Assembly (NCBI GenBank): GCA_951406725.2
Contig: OX597827.1
Span: 14,942,001 to 15,006,000, forward strand
From: Octopus vulgaris
Taxonomy: Eukaryota
DNA: 64,000 nucleotides
Reading direction: 5' to 3'
The notes beneath the pieces are model-generated. The model did no database searches. It worked only from the letters and a program-made list of their open reading frames with translations, and had not been told where the DNA came from. A program made the position numbers and the translations under genes. Shown piece by piece: positions 1 to 11,835 of the stretch; position 1 is the first letter of the stretch; each line of letters opens with the position of its first letter.

Positions 1-344
1 AAAAAAAAAAAATATATATATACATACATGTATATATATATATATATATATGAATGTATGTATGTATGTACACATGTGCTTGTGAATGTGTGTATGCATA
101 TGTGTATATATATGTGTGTGTGTGTGTGCATGCATACATATATATAAATATATATATGTACACACACATGCACATACACATACACACACATGTGTATGTG
201 AATAGCAACAAGCTGTAAAAACCATGCAAAAAATAAAAACTGACATACACAAGAACACGCCAGCATTGGAAATCAAATGTAACATAAAGATGGTGCTGAT
301 GAGAATGGTGATAATTTACATTTATATACATACATATATATATA

Positions 345-377
<33 letters not shown>

Positions 378-489
378 TTTAAAAATAGGATATAATCTTC
401 ATAAGAAATTATCAACTAGTTAGCGTGAAAAAACCTCGTAAGAGAAAAAAATCTGTAAATTTTTTCAACTTGAAATATTTATTTATATT

Positions 490-900
490 ATACAGAGGGC
501 ACTATTACACATCAGAAAGGATGCCAACCAATATGATAGGATTACACAGCCACAGCAGGAAATGTATCAGGACATGAAATATAAAAGCCGGACTAGACTA
601 CTTTATGCACAACTCCATTGTCTCCCGAGACAGAAAGGATGCCAACCAAGCCAACCAATTACACGTAGATACCGCATGCTAGGAGGGACTTTTAAAGTCA
701 AAACTACCAAAATAAACAAATTGTACCGAATGCAATCTTCGAAGTGAGTCATTTAAAAACAGGTGATATGTAACTAAATTCTGTTTTTAAATGACTCGCT
801 TTCGAAGATTGCATTATTTTAATTTGTTTATTTTGGTAGTTTTGACTTTAAAAGTCCCTCCTAGCATGTGGCATCTATGTGTAATAGTGCCCTCTATATA
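490..900. repeat. Fold-back (inverted-repeat) element in a (TA)n context
   Basis: Arms ~660-762 and ~781-880 are reverse complements (gcatgctaggagggacttttaaagtcaaaactaccaaaataaacaaatt). 490-512 also pairs with 877-900. Confidence 0.75.
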
Positions 901-961
<61 letters not shown>

Positions 962-1007
962 TATATATGTATCACTTAGATAACTGAGATAATGTTTCAA
1001 CCCCTTT

Positions 1008-1470
1008 TTAAGTCAAGTTTTGTGGTATTATGGTCCACTTATTCTTGTTGAATAAGTTGTATCCAGATATAGGTGGCTTATCTGGTATTTCTTGAAGAAA
1101 TTTGACTAGATGCCATTTAAAGGTAATGGGATCTTTTTCCTCTTTGATCTGTTTCAGGACAAAGTTAAATAGGGCAGGGCCCATTAAGGAACAGAAATTG
1201 TGTTTCAGTGTATTTATGTGTTGTGATTCTGAATTGGGTAGGAGACATTTGGCCCGTGGTCCTAGCCTGGGATGAATTCTGAAACTAATGTTGAGGTCGT
1301 TTGGGCAATGCTGATGGTATAGACTCCACATTGTGCAAATGATGTATAGATCACAGCAGTACTGGAGAGAATAGTTTCAATGCTTTAAGGCAGTCCCAAT
1401 AATTGAGATCAGTCATGCCCTTAATTCTTTTAGTGAAGGCTTTCAAGGGTGATTCCATTTTCAAAATGTT
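1008..1470 (-). mobile_element. Decayed CR1/L2-group LINE ORF2 C-terminal remnant
   Basis: Minus-strand translation (frameshifted) gives LNYWDCLKALKL..., GPALFNF and FKWHLVKFLQEIPDKP, matching the typical CR1-group ORF2 end. Confidence 0.7.
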
Positions 1471-1513
1471 ATATATATATATATGTATATATATAATGTT
1501 ATATATATAATAC

Positions 1514-1595
<82 letters not shown>
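1514..1595. repeat. (GATA)n microsatellite
   Basis: Direct inspection. Confidence 0.95.
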
Positions 1596-1732
1596 TAAAT
1601 CCTTGTAAGTATGTATATGTATATTTCATAGAGGAAAAAGTGCATATGGATTTGTAAACCAAATATAAATGTACTCAATACTTTAATCAGACTATATATT
1701 TTCTTTATTTTTTAATAATTCACAGAAAATAT

Positions 1733-1798
<66 letters not shown>

Positions 1799-1821
1799 TA
1801 TATATATACATATATATATAC

Positions 1822-1893
<72 letters not shown>

Positions 1894-2035
1894 GCATACA
1901 CATATGTATTCCTACAGTTATAGGAAAGTATATAAAAAATAAAAGATATTAAATTATAAAAGTATTACTTGAAAATAAAATATAAAATGAAAAGTAAATG
2001 AAATATAAAAACAAATAAAATATAAAACATAAATG

Positions 2036-2066
<31 letters not shown>

Positions 2067-2889
2067 TATATATAATTGATGAAGTAAAATATAAAATTAA
2101 ATTTTTTTAAATAAAACAAATTAAAGAATAAAATTTATAAAAATAAAGAGAAAAACAAAAAGGAATTAAGACAGAAAATGTTAGGCAAGTTACATGTCAC
2201 AAGGTTGACTGTGGAAAGAATGAGGGAGACACAAAGTTGGAGCTAGAGAGAGAAAGTGTATGTGGAAATGTAAAAAGGAAACTTGTTGTGAACAATCGTG
2301 AGACATGGTACAAAGAGATGCATTTTCTATTGTTACAACCAGAAATGGGGTGGGGGAAGAAAAATTGCATATACACAGCAGAAAATGAGAGAGGAAGAGG
2401 AAGTGGAAGAGAAAAAAGGAAATGCATTGTAAGAAAGACTTTTGGAGATGCAAAGAAGGTAAAAGACACAGACTAAGATTGGATGCCAGTATCATGAATA
2501 GATGGATACAAGATGTAGTCCCATGTGCAAAAGTAATAATACCGCAATGCTTTATGTTAAATGAGAATTTTCTGATTGTATAGAAGAGAGAAACTTGAGG
2601 AGTATAACAAAGTTATAACAGATTAGAAATAAAATAATATACCATGCAAGCGGTCTATGTGGGAATTTCATTTGCATTTCCAACAAATATGAAAATATAC
2701 CTGTTTTTCATTAGCATTTAAACTATGTGAGGAAAATAAGATTTCATGCAGAATGTGTGAATATGCAATAGTTTAGGGTGGGAGATTCATTGACCCTTTT
2801 AATCATATACGGTGAAAATAGCATGTAAAATTTCAATGGTTTAAAATTTGGTAGCAATAACTGGGTGATCTGGTATTTATCTATCTGGT

Positions 2890-3440
2890 AGGCAGTTTGA
2901 ATGTTCTCAAGAGATATTTCATCTGGCATAAACAAGCAGAAATCAAATCAAACTTCAGTATGTCAAGCAGCTGCATACATGTATTTATTGGATAAGCAAA
3001 TAGAATAGTTAAATCCATTTATGCAAGAGGGTGCTGTTTCAATGACCCACCTGTCAGATCTGAAATTCTCTATGCCTCAATCATTCAGACTCCAGATGTA
3101 TTTGGAGACAGTAGAGGTGTTTCTTCTTTGTCAGGCATTTGTAATATTTTGCATCTCTGTTGTCTGTAATCGAGATTTTGGTGCAATATACCATATTTTT
3201 GTAAGGCATTTATTGTTCAGTGGATAAATATTAGTCAAATTGAAGTTTCATTAAGGTGGGGGATGTAAATGTGTTAGGGTTTTTCCCTACTGAATCTAAC
3301 TTTCAAAGCAGTAAAATTATCAGTACAGCTGTAACTAACTTTGACATTATTTCTGTTGAAAATCTTGTAGTAGATATATTGGGAAGTATTGTTTTATTAA
3401 CCTTAGGAATGCTCATATTTAAGTTACATAGTAGATTGAA
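2890..3440 (-). mobile_element. Decayed Penelope-like element (linker + GIY-YIG endonuclease region)
   Basis: Frameshifted minus-strand pieces: [27 protein letters not shown] (3366-3316), YPLNNKCLTK/NMVY (~3226-3188), SKYIWSL (~3107-3085), ETAPSCING. These motifs are typical of Penelope-like RT-GIY-YIG proteins. Confidence 0.75.
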
Positions 3441-3596
3441 CTATGTATTATATATATATATATATGTGTGTATATATATATATGTGTGTGTATATATATA
3501 TGTATGTATATATATATATATATGTGTGTATGTATATATATGTATATATGTATGTATGTATATGTATATATGTATATATATGTATATATATGTATA

Positions 3597-3649
<53 letters not shown>

Positions 3650-4030
3650 GTATATGTATGTATAAATGTATTAAATATGTGTGTATAATATATATATGTG
3701 AATATGTAAATGTGTGTGTGTGTGTATTCTCTTTTTTTTTTTTATTATTTGAAGTTTTCCCTTATGGAAGGATTTGGCTTTTAACAATGACATAAAACTC
3801 CATCAGTAGAAACTTCAAGAACATGTAATAATTCTTTTTAGGAACAGTTGATCTCAAAGCAAATAAAACAACAAATAATACCATGTAAAGGATTGAAAAC
3901 CCTTTAGATAGAAAAAGTTTTAAAATTCCCATGGAATCCAACACCCATTTCCAAAAAGAAACATGTATTAATGTATGTAAGTTTGTATCTATGTGCATGT
4001 ATATATATAACTATGCATACATATATAGAC

Positions 4031-4484
4031 ATGAGAGAGAGAAAATGGAATTCACAAGACTTTATTATTCTCCACGATTGTTTTAGCCCATCATGCATTG
4101 GCGCCTTGCAGTTGTGATGCTGTACAAACAGTTGTGGTGCATCATTGATGCAAATGTGTCTCGTCAGGTGACTAGTCAAAAGGTGCCTCATTTTTTAATC
4201 TCTCTATTGCTTATTTTGATTAGAATGCATTTCGGTAGTTGTAGTTCACTACACTTCTACACCAGAAACTGCCACTACAAAAATGCATTCTAATCGAATT
4301 AAGTGAAACAGAGATTAAAAAACGAGGCACCTTTTGACTAGCTACCTGACGAGGTACCTATGCACCTATGACACACCACAATTATTTGTACAGCATCTCA
4401 CTTGTGGGGCCCTCGTGCATGACAGGTCAAAATAATCATAATGAATAATAAAGAGTTTTGGGAATTCCAGTTTCTTCCTTTCAT
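4031..4484. mobile_element. ~450 bp imperfect palindrome, MITE/fold-back type
   Basis: Arms centred near 4255, e.g. gtcaggtgactagtcaaaaggtgcctcattttttaatctct pairs with agagattaaaaaacgaggcaccttttgactagctacctgac. Confidence 0.75.
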
Positions 4485-5035
4485 ATTTTATAAACTCTAT
4501 GGACATAAAGGAATTCCAGAAGTAAATTTAATAGCATTTACACCTATGCTGTTGATGATATCAGGTAACTGAATGCTGTCAATAGGCTTTAAACAGCATC
4601 CTACAAGGAGTATACCTGAATTTAAAATTATTACTTATATAGACATGGATATATTATGATGGAAAGGCATCTACAAAACATCAAAATCAGATCACAATAT
4701 GAATTATCAAACATAATCATAAAACTAACAGTAAGGATACATTACAAGAAAACCTGAATTAAAAACCTCTTATTTTACACAAAACCATTTACTGTAGGCT
4801 GTAGAAAATATTTTGCATGGCCAATGTGATACACAAATTTAAATGCAAACATGAAACTGCTGTAGTTCATACACACATAGGACACTTCCTTGCCAGCTGG
4901 ACATGTGTTTACAATAAAGAGCCATCGTAGTACATTTTATAACACAGAATATGCAACAGTATTAAACAGAAAAACATTAGTTGTCAACACACTCATCTTA
5001 TTTAGAATTCTACAAAAATTACAAGGTATGTAATG

Positions 5036-5268
5036 TATTTCTTTACTGCCCACAAGGGGCTAAACATAAAGGGGACAAACAAGAACAGACAAAGGAATTA
5101 AGTCGATTACATCGACTCCAGTGGGAAACTGGTACTTTATTTATCAACCCCAAAAGGATGAAAGGCAAAGTCGACCTCGACGGAATTTGAACCCAGAACG
5201 TAACGACAGACGAAATACGGCTACGCATTTCGCCCGGCATGCTAACGTTTCTGCCAGCTCACCGCCCT
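5036..5268 (-). mobile_element. SINE family A (tRNA-like head)
   Basis: Recurs >10 times in the window. Head ggcgagctggcagaaacgttagcac...gagttcaaattcc, body gcctttcatcctttcggggtcgataaa. Flanked by repeat attacaaggtatgtaat. Confidence 0.9.
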
Positions 5269-5741
5269 ATTACAAGGTATGTAATACAACAAATTACAAG
5301 GTATGTAATACAACAAATACAAACCTATATTTAAAGTACAAAGTATCATTGTCATAAACTAACAAATATTAGTAATTGCTGAAAGTTACTTGGAGTTAAA
5401 TGTAAAATTTTTTGATTGGGTGATGAGGATATTATTAGTAACATGATTATTCTCAACCAGAAACTCACAATGTAGTTACTCAACCTACTAGAAATATAAT
5501 CGGTATTATTCTATGAAGTGGCAGGTGTCAGAAAAAGGCATCCAGCCTTCGATACTATATCAAGATGAAAATGCATGAAATATTTTCTGGTCCTGCCCAG
5601 AAGGGCAGTAACTCCAAACAGAAACTCAAAGCAAGAAAACCTAACCAGTCTATGTCATATGTATGTATGTACGTATGCATGTATATATATACAAATATAT
5701 ACATTTACATATATATATATATATATATATACGTAAATACA

Positions 5742-5807
<66 letters not shown>

Positions 5808-5809
5808 TA

Positions 5810-5927
5810 TTGGCCTGCTCGCTTAGCCAGCGGGGTGGCGTTATTCGAAGGGTAAAACAATGCAAACGCATTGTGACCAGCGATGTGTAACAACATCTGA
5901 TGGTCTGGTTGGTCACATGATCACGTG

Positions 5928-5929
<2 letters not shown>
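5810..5929 (+). mobile_element. SINE family D 3' fragment in (TA)n
   Basis: Matches the 3' end of 12411-12721. Confidence 0.8.
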
Positions 5930-6024
<95 letters not shown>

Positions 6025-6285
6025 TGAGTGTATTTTACCTTGTTAACAATTAACACGGATAATATAACGTTTTTTTAAACAATATTAATAGCGTTCTGTC
6101 TATCGCTATACGAATCCATCATTTTTTGCTAAAATGTTGTATTGACAAGTTTCGTTTTTTCACTTTCCCGAAGAGAAGATTGCATTGTTTATACCTTTTA
6201 TTCTTTTGAATAAGTATCAGTGGAATTTTTGAAACATATGTAGAAAGAAAAAATACTTGTTTAAACCTGCGTTAACTCCATTTTT

Positions 6286-6334
<49 letters not shown>

Positions 6335-6792
6335 TATATATATATATATACATAAATACATATATAATACTTAACAAAAGGAAAAAAAGAGTTGTGTAAT
6401 CACTTTCATTAGCTTACGGCTGTTTCTGCTCTGAGAAGGGTGCAATTAAAGCCCAGTGCTCATGTATAATCCTATAGCTTCCTAGGAGTCATTTAAATGA
6501 AATGCGCTTATTGCAGAAAGCATTTAAATACATTGAATTCGTTACAGGTAAAACTAAATATGATATAAAACAGTTTTGGTGGATTTGAGGATGAGACTAC
6601 TATTCATACACACACACACACACACACACATTTATATATTTATATTTTCACACTGCCTTTCACTCTCCTTCATTTATATAGTTTTTCTTACTCAAACTTC
6701 TACCCTATCATCACTTCCTTAGATCATGCTGCTATTTTCTCCATTTATCTTTTTACTCAGCCTCCCCATTTAATTTAAATAATTTAGATACC

Positions 6793-7219
6793 TATAGGCG
6801 CAGGAGTGGCTGTGTGGTAAGTAGCTTGCTTACCAACCACATGGTTCCGGGTTCAGTCCCACTGTGTGGCACCTTGGGCAAGTGTCTTCTACTATAGCCT
6901 CGGGCCGACCAAAGCCTTGTGAGTGGATTTGGTAGATGGAAACTGAAAGAAGCCCGTCGTATATATGTATATATATATATATGCGTGTGTGTGTTTGTGT
7001 GTATATGTTTGTCCCTTAGCATTGCTTGACAACCGATGCTGATGTGTTTATGTCCCCGTTACTTAGCGGTTCGGCAAAAGAGACCGATAGAATAAGTACT
7101 GGGCTTACAAAAAGAATAAGTCCCGGGTTCGAGTTGCTCGATTAAAGGCGGTGCTCCAGCATGGCCGCAGTCAAATGACTGAAACAAGTAAAAGAGTAAA
7201 GAGTAAAAGAGTAAAAGAG
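6793..7219 (+). mobile_element. SINE family B (tRNA head, CORE-like ccttgggcaagt, internal microsatellite, (gtaaaaga)n tail)
   Basis: A-box tggctgtgtggt and B-box ggttcagtcc. Many copies in the window. Confidence 0.9.
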
Positions 7220-7505
7220 AGTATACATATTTATACCTTTATATATTTCAAAATATTTTCCACCTTTACCTTACTTTATCTAACATCATAAGCCCATTCC
7301 TTCCTTCTTACCTGCTAGATTTATTCTATAACCTAACTGTGAGTCCAACAAAATACACATTCAATTTTGCATGAGTCCACATGTAAAACAGAATATATAT
7401 TTTGTTGCACTTACAGTTATTGGTATATATGAATTGTTTATGTGTTTGCGTGTGTTTGTGAGTGTCTGTGTGTATATACATTTATATATACATATATATA
7501 TATAT

Positions 7506-8740
7506 CATCATCATCATCATCATCATCATTTAGCGTCCATTTTCCATGCTAGCATGGGTTGGACGGGTCAACTGGGGTCTGTGAAGCTGGAAGGCTTCAT
7601 CAGGCCCAGTCAGATCTGGCAGTGTTTCTACGGCTGGATGCCCTTCCTAACGTCAACCACTCCGTGAGTGTAGTGGGTGCTTTTTACGTGCCACCTGCAC
7701 AGGTGCCAGACAGAGCTGGCAAACGGCCACGAACGGATGGTGCTTTTACGTGTCACCGACACGGGGGCCAGACAGGGCTGGCAACGAACACGAACGGATG
7801 GTGCTTTTATGTGCCACCGACACGGGGGCCAGACAGGGCTGGCAAACGGCCACGAACGGATGGTGCTTTTACGTGTCACCTGCACGGGGGCCAGGCGAGG
7901 CTGGCAATGGACACGAACGGATGGTGCTTTTACGTGCCACCGACACGGAGGCTAGACGGGGCGGCGCCAGCAACGACCACGATCGGATGGTTCGCTTAAC
8001 CACAGCTGCAATTCCCACTGATGTTGATCGACCTCAATTTGGTTCTGCTTTCGGATATATGAATTGATTTTGATTTTGACTGTTCTCACTGGTCTTGCCG
8101 GGTTTTCTCACGCACAGCATACTTCCAAAGGTCTCAGTCTCTGGTCATTTCCTTGGTGAGACCTAAAGTTCGAAGGTCGTGCTTCACCACCTCGACCCAG
8201 GTTTTCCTGGGTCTACCTCTTCCACAGGTCCCCTCAACTGCCAGGGTGTGGCACTTTCGCACACAACTATCTTCAGCCATTCTCATCACATGACCATACC
8301 AGCGCAAACGTCTCTCTTGCACACAACAACTGAAGCTTCTTAGGTTCAACTTTTCTCTCAAGGTACTTACACTCTGTTGATTATGAACACTGACGTTACA
8401 CATCCATCGGAGCATACTAGCTTCATTTCTTGCGAGCTTACGCAAATCCTCAGCAGTCACAGCCCAAGTTTCACTACCATGTAGCATGGCTGTACGTACA
8501 CATGCATCATACAGTCTGCCTTTTACTTTGAGCGAGAGGCCTTTTGTCACCAGCAGGGGTAAGAACTCTCTAAACTTTGCCCAGGCTATTCTTACTCTAG
8601 CAGTTACACTTTCAGCACACCCGCCCCCGCTACTGACTTGGTCACCTAGGTAACGGAAACTATCAACTACTTCTAGTTTTTCTCCCTGGAAAGTGACGGA
8701 AGTTGGTCTCAGAGCATTTTCAGTGTTTATTGTTCCTGAG

Positions 8741-8742
<2 letters not shown>
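7506..8742 (-). mobile_element. 5'-truncated RTE-clade LINE: RT C-terminus, 3'UTR with tandem repeats, (GAT)n tail
   Basis: ORF to 8134 with FRYLG, MLHGSETW, RRLRWYGHVMR and RGRPRKTW. Ends in a (CAT)n tract at 7506. Sits within (TA)n. Confidence 0.9.
7676..7990. repeat. Five ~61-bp tandem units in the RTE 3'UTR
   Basis: Unit ggtgcttttacgtgccaccgacacgggggccagacagggctggcaaacggccacgaacggat. Confidence 0.9.
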
Positions 8743-8785
<43 letters not shown>

Positions 8786-8841
8786 AATGTCAAACAACAA
8801 GAATGAGTGCTCAACACCACACTGGTGAATAAGATTTCTTT

Positions 8842-9037
8842 ATTTGTGTATTAAAGCTATCGTTGGTTTCATGTTTGAAAAATATCTTGTGAAGATTCAC
8901 AACTTTTCAGGCCAATCTGATGGAGGAATTGTGTTCATTTCCATTTTGGATGGAAACATGTGATTGGCTTGAAAAATTATTAGGATATTAAAATATTTTT
9001 TTTAACATGAAACCAATGGTAGCCTTAATACACAAAT
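8842..9037. repeat. Inverted repeat whose arms are degenerate hammerhead-like motifs
   Basis: tatttgtgtattaaagctatcgttggtttcatg...ttttcaggccaatc mirrors gattggcttgaaaa...catgaaaccaatggtagccttaatacacaaata. Confidence 0.65.
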
Positions 9038-9234
9038 ATATATGTGTGTGTGTGTATAGATATAGATATATAAAACCCCACTAGAATGGGAGAAAGTGCT
9101 AATATATGATATAAGTTATATGATGTATAAAAACATGTAACATACAAATATATATCTGTAAATATAAAACCATCCGAATTTCTGAGTACCTCATTTCTTC
9201 TAGTATAAAATACCTGTACATCATCTCCAAACAT

Positions 9235-9280
<46 letters not shown>

Positions 9281-9375
9281 TATCTTATGAGTGCTTTATG
9301 TAAATATTCAACTGTTAGAAAAACCAAAATCTATTGACCAATGAAAAATGCAGCAATAATGAAATGTAGTTTTAC

Positions 9376-9381
9376 ACTTAC
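9376..9381 (-). promoter_or_regulatory. Splice donor GTAAGT ending the protocadherin exon
   Basis: Perfect CAG|GTAAGT immediately after codons ...TSIQ. Confidence 0.75.
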
Positions 9382-11760
9382 CTGGATAGATGTCGGAAGG
9401 CTTCTAGATGTTGTTGAAGTAATCCATTCATTTTGTGGCTCTAATACAAAGTAGAACTGACTTGAAGATTTTATCAGTTGAGTATGTCTGTTTTTCTTTT
9501 CATGAGAGTTCCTCAGTAAGGTGGCAGGATTTTTACTGTGACTAATTAAATGACTTTTTTCAATTTTTGAGTGGATTGACGGGTTCACTTCAGCAGTTAA
9601 CGAGCCATTTCGCATATTGTTATACCTCACAACACACATTGTTATAGAAATCACAATAGCAACACATACTATTACAGTTACCACAACAATAATAATAACC
9701 ATATTGACATCAATCATTTTGTTTGATTTCGTACGCATTCCTTTTGTTGTCATTGTTGTCTTGTTGCTAACAGCTAATGTCAAAGATATTGTAGTAGTTG
9801 CTGATAGAACTGGGGTACCACTGTCTTTGACAAGAAATTTCAGCTTATATGACCCTGCATCACTCTGGTAAACTTCACGAGAAAAGGATAACACGCCAGT
9901 GTAAGGATCAATGGAAAACAACTGTTTGTCATTGCCTCCAATAATTTCATATTGGAGAAAGGCATTTCTGGGACTGTCTCGGTCTGCAGCTCTCAGAACT
10001 GTGATGTCATTCCTAGTCTTTGGATAATAATAGACGTCCAGACTAAAAGGGTTAACACTTGGGAAGGTGAAATATGGAGCATTGTCATTTTCATCCATAA
10101 CCTCAACAATAACATTTCCAGTGTTATTCAAAGATGGTGTCCCATTGTCTTTGACTAAAACCTGGAACTCATATATTTCTAGTTGTTCTCGATCCAGTGA
10201 TTGTGTTGTTGAAATAAATCCATTGTCAGTAATCTGAAAAGGAAGAACAGTTTTGATATTTTTCACTAGAGAGTAAGTTAGCTGACCTCCAGCCTTCAGA
10301 TCAGGGTCAGTAGCATTAATAAATCCAACAGGAAAATTTGGTTCCTCATTTTCATAGGTAAGGAATTTGAATGTGTCCTTAGTAAATTGAGGGCGCATAT
10401 CATTCATATCCAGTACTTGGATAGAAAAATTCCTTTCTGTCTTCAAGGAAGGTGTTCCTTTATCTTGACATGATAAAGTGATCTCATAGTGATCTTCTGT
10501 TTCTCGATCGACAGCATTTTTTATTGTGATTTTATACCGTTCTGAATCTAAGATTTGAAGCTCAAATTTTTCATGTGAAAGGTCACATTTGACCTCTCCA
10601 TTCTGTCCAAGGTCATTATCTGTAACTTTCACATAAGCAATGAAACTGCCTACTTTAATTCCTTCAGAGATAGTAGCAGTGCTTTCAGACAAGGCTGAAA
10701 CAAAATTTATATCAATCTTTGGTGCATTGTTCTGTTGATTGATGACATTTACATTGACAGCTGTAATACAGCTCAAAGGTGGAGAACCCCCATCTCTGGC
10801 TTCTATAAACAACTTATATGTTTGTTTTTGTCCAAAAGGGAACTTTTTCTGTAGGAAAATTTCTCCAGTTTCTTCAGCCAACCTAAAGTGATTTTTCACT
10901 AAATCTGATGTTTTGGAACTGAAATGGTATGAAACTTGGCCATTATTTCCAAAATCTAAGTCTTTGGCAGACAAAATTACAACTGGTGTGTCTTTTGGGT
11001 GTGTGTTTTTTATTGAAATATTATAATCTTTTTGAGCAAAAATTGGTGGGTTGTCATTAACATCAATAACAGTTATTTCAACATCTAGAATACACTGCTT
11101 CGGTGGGTAGCCCCCGTCGTTGGCAAGTATTTGCAGCATATATTTATCTTTTACTTCTCGGTCTATTTTTTTTTCTAAAATTATTTTAAGTTTATCAGTC
11201 CCATCAACCCTTTTTGAAACAGACAATTTAAACGGTTTGCCTGTATTATTCTTTAATTGATATGTAATGTGAGAGTTTCTAATACTAACATCTTTGTCTA
11301 TGGCATTCGGAACTGATCGCCTGGTTCCTTTACCATCGGTTTCATAGAATTCAAGTTTGAACTCTTTGGTTGGAAATTCTGGGAAGTGGTCATTGACATC
11401 TTCTACTATAACTTTAATCTTTAATATACTTAGAAAAGTTGTATCCTGTTTAATAGCAACTTCAACCCATCTGCAACATTCTATATTATAAGTACAAAGA
11501 GCTTCAGCATCCAATATCTGTTCTGTAGTGAGTGTTCCTGATTTGGAAACGTTGAATAATTGGCGACCATTTTGTGCTTTTATTAAACTGAATGTTATGG
11601 AGTTTTGGTTTTGGTGTGAAGCATCCAATGATGGTACATCCTCAGCGATGTTCCCCACATACGTACCCGGACTTTTACCTTCCTGTACAGTATAGACAAG
11701 ATGCACCACACACAAACAACAGTGAAGAAATGAGAGTAGTATGTACACTGGTACCAACAT
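9382..11760 (-). CDS. Protocadherin (6 cadherin repeats, TM, start of cytoplasmic tail), main coding exon
   Basis: Uninterrupted ORF. Signal peptide MLVPVYILLSFLHCCLC from ATG 11760. Cadherin motifs EDVNDHFPEF, IDRE, DVNDNPPIF, DLDFGNNG, VDRE, DMNDMRPQF, LDRE, DENDNAPYF, ADRD. EC1 cysteines. TM VIIIVVVTVIVCVAIVISITMCVV. Phase-0 donor CAG|GTAAGT after 9382; unspliced it would read on to a stop at 9331. Confidence 0.95.
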
Positions 11761-11816
11761 ATCCCCACTGATAGCTGTTACAGTCACCAGATGTCTGATT
11801 TGAACATCAAATGTTT

Positions 11817-11835
11817 CTGAAAATAGACAGAAGAT
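11817..11835 (-). promoter_or_regulatory. Splice acceptor of the protocadherin exon (implies an upstream 5'UTR exon)
   Basis: Minus strand CTTCTGTCTATTTTCAG|AAACAT, 56 nt upstream of the ATG. Confidence 0.6.

Noticed and set aside
6792-7022. Recurring peptide ASFSFRLPNPLTRLWSARGYSRRHLPK as a gene family
   Set aside because: It is the antisense translation of SINE family B.
7676-7990. CRISPR-like regular repeats
   Set aside because: Whole units repeat with no unique spacers, there are no cas genes, and the array lies within a eukaryotic LINE 3'UTR.
11761-11787. ORF-track start at 11787 (GTG/CTG-type)
   Set aside because: Non-ATG start in a eukaryote. ATG 11760 directly precedes the signal peptide.
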